Shown here piece by piece: positions 34,482 through 38,093 of a stretch of DNA of 38,093 nucleotides. The stretch spans positions 1 to 38,093 of the forward strand of contig JAIPAF010000002.1 of assembly GCA_021740225.1 (NCBI GenBank), written 5' to 3'. A program made the translations under genes and the position numbers. This DNA is from Bacteroidales bacterium (GTDB lineage: Bacteria; Bacteroidota; Bacteroidia; Bacteroidales; UBA12077). A model generated the notes under the pieces. That model made no database searches and was not told the DNA's origin. It saw only the letters and a program-made list of their open reading frames with translations. How positions within the stretch are numbered: the first letter of the stretch is position 1; each line of letters begins with the position of its first letter.

Positions 34482-34678
34482 AAACGAAGATTTTAATTAG
34501 AAAGAAATGTTTTCAAGATTCACCCATTTTATTTTGGAGCCAAAAATGTTAATTTTGACTTTCGATAGAAATACTCATTCACAAAATGGCTGCAATATAT
34601 GAAAAATACCCAATTTTTAACCAGCATCGGTATATTTTTATTGATTTTAAATCGTTGAACCTTTAAAATAAATTAACT

Positions 34679-36781
34679 GTGCAAAAATTAGGAATCTTAA
34701 TCATTTTAACCGGAATCATTATGGGAGCATGTACTCAAAAACAAGAGAAGGACTCTTTGAAAGGCAACCCCTTTTTGTCAGAGTATCAAACTCAGTTTAA
34801 AGTGCCCCCTTTTGATGAGATCAAGCCGAAGCACTATAAGCCTGCTTTTGAAAGGGCTATGGAAAAGCATGATGAGGAAATTCAGGAAATAACCGGTAAC
34901 CCGGAAGCCGCCACTTTTGAAAATACCATTGAAGCAATGGTTTACAGTGGTAATTTGCTTGAAAAAGTATCCTATGTTTTTTATGGCTTAAACAGCGCCA
35001 ATACAAGCGATACCCTGCAGGAAATAGCCAAAGATGTTTCCCCGAAACTTTCTTCCCACAGGGATGAGATTATGCTTAATCCTAAGCTCTTTCAAAGGGT
35101 AAAAAACGTGTATGAAAAGAGGGATCAATTAGATCTGAATCAGGAACAGTCCTATTTACTTGAGCATCTTTATAAGGATTTTGTTCGAAGCGGAGCCAAT
35201 TTACCTGAAGATGAAAAACAACAACTGAAGGAAATTAATAAAGAGCTTTCATCGCTAACGCTCGAATTTGAACAAAATGAACTGAAAGAGACCAACGATT
35301 TTAAGCTGGTTATTGAAAAAAAGGAGAATCTTGCCGGTTTGCCGGAATCCGTTATCCAAACCGCGGCAGAGACAGCTGCCGAGGAAGGCCACGAAGGAAA
35401 ATGGGTGTTCACAACCCATAAACCCAGTATGCTTCCCTTTCTTACTTACGCAGAGAACCGCGATCTGAGGGAGAAATTGTATAAGGCCTATCTAAACAGG
35501 TGTAACAACGACAATCAGTACGATAACAAGGAGAATCTCTCGAAAATCGTAAAACTCCGTGTGAAGAAGGCCCACTTACTTGGATACGATACGTACGCCG
35601 ATTACCGGCTTGAAACAAGAATGGCAAAGCACCCGGGAAATGTAATGGATCTGTTGAATAAATTATGGGATGCTGCTCTTCCGGTTGCTAAGAAAGAAAG
35701 GGAACAGATGCAGAAGATTATTGATCAGGAAGGAAAAGACTTCAAGCTGAAAAGCTGGGACTGGTGGTATTATGCTGAAAAATTGCGTAAACAGAAATAC
35801 AATCTGGACGACAGTGAATTAAGACCTTATTTTAAGCTCGACAACGTTCGCCAGGGAGCATTTGATGTGGCCACCCAATTATATGGCATAACTTTCCAGG
35901 AACTAAAGGGTATTCCCAAGCCCCACTCCGATGCGCGGGCATGGGAAGTGAAAGAATCCAACGGCTCTCATCTGGGCGTGCTTTATATGGATTTTCATCC
36001 CCGTGCCAGTAAGAATGGAGGTGCCTGGTGTGGTAGTTATCGAAGTCATTATGAAACCCGGGATGGAAAGGAAATTCATCCCATTAAGACCATTGTCACG
36101 AATTTTACCACTCCTACGGAAAACAAACCGGCCCTTTTGAGTTTGGACGAGGTGGAAACCTTGTTCCATGAGTTTGGCCATGCCCTTGACGGGTTGTTTG
36201 CAGAGAATGCCTATCCGGAAACATTCGTGGCCCGTGATTTTGTTGAATTGCCCTCACAGATTATGGAACACTGGGCCACCCATCCCAAAGTGCTTAAAGA
36301 TTATGCCAAACATTATGAAACCGGGGAGACCATTCCCGATGAGCTGATTGGCAAGATCGAGAAGAGTCAATATTTTAACCAGGGTTTTGCCAATGTAGAA
36401 TATCTTGCTGCTTCTATGCTTGATATGGCTTATCATACACTTTCCGAGCCCAGGGATCTGCAAGTTATGGAATTCGAGAAAAATTACCTGGATTCCATCG
36501 GTTTGATTGAAGAAATTGAACCCCGCTACCACAGTACTTATTTCAGTCATATTACGGGAGGCTATGATGCCGGTTATTACAGTTATATCTGGTCTGCTGT
36601 ATTGGATAACGACGCTTTCCAAGCCTTTGAAGAGAAGGGAATCTATGATCAGCAAACCGCAAAAGCATTCCGTAAGTTGCTGGCCAAGAACGGTACAGCC
36701 GATCCCATGGAATTGTTCGTGGAATTCCGTGGCCGTGAACCGGAAATTGATGCTTTGCTGAAGAACAGAGGACTAAAATAA
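34679..36781 (+). CDS. dcp: M3-family peptidyl-dipeptidase (Dcp-like), probable lipoprotein
   Basis: HEFGHALDG zinc motif, a size of about 700 aa, and a lipobox-like LTGIIMGAC. The start is a GTG at 34679. Confidence 0.85.
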   Translation: MQKLGILIILTGIIMGACTQKQEKDSLKGNPFLSEYQTQFKVPPFDEIKPKHYKPAFERAMEKHDEEIQEITGNPEAATFENTIEAMVYSGNLLEKVSYVFYGLNSANTSDTLQEIAKDVSPKLSSHRDEIMLNPKLFQRVKNVYEKRDQLDLNQEQSYLLEHLYKDFVRSGANLPEDEKQQLKEINKELSSLTLEFEQNELKETNDFKLVIEKKENLAGLPESVIQTAAETAAEEGHEGKWVFTTHKPSMLPFLTYAENRDLREKLYKAYLNRCNNDNQYDNKENLSKIVKLRVKKAHLLGYDTYADYRLETRMAKHPGNVMDLLNKLWDAALPVAKKEREQMQKIIDQEGKDFKLKSWDWWYYAEKLRKQKYNLDDSELRPYFKLDNVRQGAFDVATQLYGITFQELKGIPKPHSDARAWEVKESNGSHLGVLYMDFHPRASKNGGAWCGSYRSHYETRDGKEIHPIKTIVTNFTTPTENKPALLSLDEVETLFHEFGHALDGLFAENAYPETFVARDFVELPSQIMEHWATHPKVLKDYAKHYETGETIPDELIGKIEKSQYFNQGFANVEYLAASMLDMAYHTLSEPRDLQVMEFEKNYLDSIGLIEEIEPRYHSTYFSHITGGYDAGYYSYIWSAVLDNDAFQAFEEKGIYDQQTAKAFRKLLAKNGTADPMELFVEFRGREPEIDALLKNRGLK

Positions 36782-36793
36782 AAATTTGGCCCG

Positions 36794-37132
36794 ATGGCGG
36801 TAAGCCAAACCTTAATTTTGCAGAATGATCAATATGTTTCCTTAATCACCCATAACGATCAAACAGTTCTGGGAAAATATCTGGGTTTGGGATTGTTGAT
36901 GGAACAGGATAATTTCATTGCTGCCGGAACGGCTCCATTGGCTTCTGAAGAAGCTACCGGCATCGTGGATTCTTATTTTGCCATAATGGAGTTATCCGAG
37001 CAAGAGATTACTTATCATTTTTATGCAGGCTGGGAGGAATCAGCGCAAAAATTTGCAGAGGAAGAAAGGTTTGTAAATTATGTGGATCATCAGGCTCAGA
37101 AATTCACCATACCCATTGAAGTGGTGAAGTAA
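36794..37132 (+). CDS. Hypothetical acidic 112-aa protein
   Basis: The ORF starts 12 nt after the dcp stop and is followed by a strong terminator. I recognised no motifs. Confidence 0.45.
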   Translation: MAVSQTLILQNDQYVSLITHNDQTVLGKYLGLGLLMEQDNFIAAGTAPLASEEATGIVDSYFAIMELSEQEITYHFYAGWEESAQKFAEEERFVNYVDHQAQKFTIPIEVVK

Positions 37133-37133
37133 A

Positions 37134-37176
37134 AGAAATTTGTTTGCCGCTAAAGCTGCGGTAAGAATAATGCAGG
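37134..37176 (+). repeat. 43-nt repeat element, copy B (AGAAATTTGTTTGC-N12-GGTAAGAATAATGCAGG)
   Basis: 38 of 43 nt are identical to 10048-10090. It begins 2 nt after a stop codon and ends 2 nt before a terminator hairpin. Confidence 0.6.
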
Positions 37177-37178
37177 AT

Positions 37179-37210
37179 AGAAAAGAGGGGGAGGCTTCCC
37201 CCTCTTTTCT
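37179..37210. terminator. Strong hairpin terminator between convergent genes
   Basis: Perfect 14-bp stem AGAAAAGAGGGGGA/TCCCCCTCTTTTCT with the loop GGCT. Confidence 0.75.
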
Positions 37211-37390
37211 TATGGGAACTTATTTTGCAAAGCGCGGGTTGCGGCATGTAACCAACAAAAAAACCGATTTATAGTGTTAGATGGAAATATGAATTTACTC
37301 AAAGTAGAAGCCGCTTTTCATTCGTTCCGGCACTTTATCCCTGAGATAAGAGAATTTCATCCTTCCTGATTCTCCGGTTATATAAAGGAT

Positions 37391-38080
37391 TTATCTGCCT
37401 CTTGGGGGATAAGTTAATGCAGTATGTTCTGAAGCAAAATACATTTTGTTTTTTTTACCTTCGAATTTGTAGGTCTCTGTCTTTTCTCTGCTATCGGAGA
37501 AAGCTTTTACCTCAAGAATATTTTCGCCTTCTTGAAGGGGAATCCTTGTATAGTGGATCGAGTAGGGAAGTGTTTGCCAGTTTCTGGTATCCGCTTTTTC
37601 GGTAAGGGTGTTTACAATGTTCACGATTGTCCCCAGATTTTTATCTTCTTTGTCGGCTAAAGCTTCCAAAGCTTTTTTGGTGGCTATTCTCAATATGGCA
37701 TTCCCCAGTTCCCTTAGCATTCGGTCCCGCAGCGTCTTGAATGCAATTTCATTGATGTCCTGGGCCAGTTCAAAGGAATATTTTTGGTCCTGTGTAAAGA
37801 TTGCTGCATCCTTATAAACGGGTTTCCTTTCTACGTATTTGGGCAAAGCCACCTTGAAAAACCGGAGCTCGGAAAAGGCTTCCTTTTCTTTGGTGCTTTT
37901 GTCTCCTATATAAATGGGGTAGGAAACATCCAGTTCCTTGCTCTGCATAATTACATAATTTTTTTTGGGACTGGGAAACTTTGTAAAACGGATATTCCAT
38001 TCGTCTTTTACGCGGCCGAATCCGTTCAGCCAGAAAAAGATCACCTCACCGTTTTCTTTAGGCTGATATTCATAATCCAT
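37391..38080 (-). CDS. Conserved hypothetical protein, probably 5'-truncated by the window edge
   Basis: 229-aa ORF. The reading frame stays open upstream of the ATG at 38080 to the end of the window, so the true start may lie outside. I could not assign a family. Confidence 0.5.
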   Translation of the reverse strand: MDYEYQPKENGEVIFFWLNGFGRVKDEWNIRFTKFPSPKKNYVIMQSKELDVSYPIYIGDKSTKEKEAFSELRFFKVALPKYVERKPVYKDAAIFTQDQKYSFELAQDINEIAFKTLRDRMLRELGNAILRIATKKALEALADKEDKNLGTIVNIVNTLTEKADTRNWQTLPYSIHYTRIPLQEGENILEVKAFSDSREKTETYKFEGKKNKMYFASEHTALTYPPRGR

Positions 38081-38093
38081 ATTGAAAAGTTTC

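Noticed and set aside
1-38093. A search for tRNA, rRNA, tmRNA, RNase P RNA, common riboswitches (lysine before LysO, preQ1 before queE, TPP, cobalamin), transposases, integrases and toxin-antitoxin pairs.
   Set aside because: I saw no T-loop GGTTCGAATCC-type motif, no conserved riboswitch core and no mobile-element ORF. This reflects inspection by eye only, not a covariance-model search.

Overview
This looks like a chromosomal, mostly housekeeping segment from an anaerobic member of the Bacteroidota. The evidence is a T9SS-type C-terminal sorting domain, a type III glutamine synthetase, TPR-PD40-OmpA proteins, TAnnTTTG-type -7 promoter boxes, and almost no Shine-Dalgarno (SD) motifs. Gene content, left to right: an OmpA-family protein, glnN, argR plus a partial arginine cluster (GNAT, argG, argE-like, argH), and an 880-bp ORF-free island. 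Then an M20 dipeptidase, an orphan trpB preceded by two Trp-rich mini-ORFs, queE, a second OmpA-family paralogue and an adenylate-cyclase/HD fusion. Then an Omp85-like barrel, tilS, aroC, an orphan radical-SAM enzyme, a LysO pair, DUF2892 and sucC. Then a four-gene HydABC-type [FeFe]-hydrogenase operon, a secreted C1 peptidase, dcp and two hypothetical genes. I found no transposase, integrase, CRISPR array, tRNA or rRNA, and no recognisable multi-gene defence system. The points most worth a second look are: (1) the hydrogenase locus, which has Rex-like operators, a cysteine-free ferredoxin-fold subunit and atypical SD sites; (2) the tandem Trp-codon leader ORFs upstream of trpB; (3) the structured ORF-free island at 9630-10511, including a 43-nt element that recurs at 37134; (4) an ARG-box-like motif shared by argR and the arg operon. 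All functional calls come from motif recognition by eye, with no database search.
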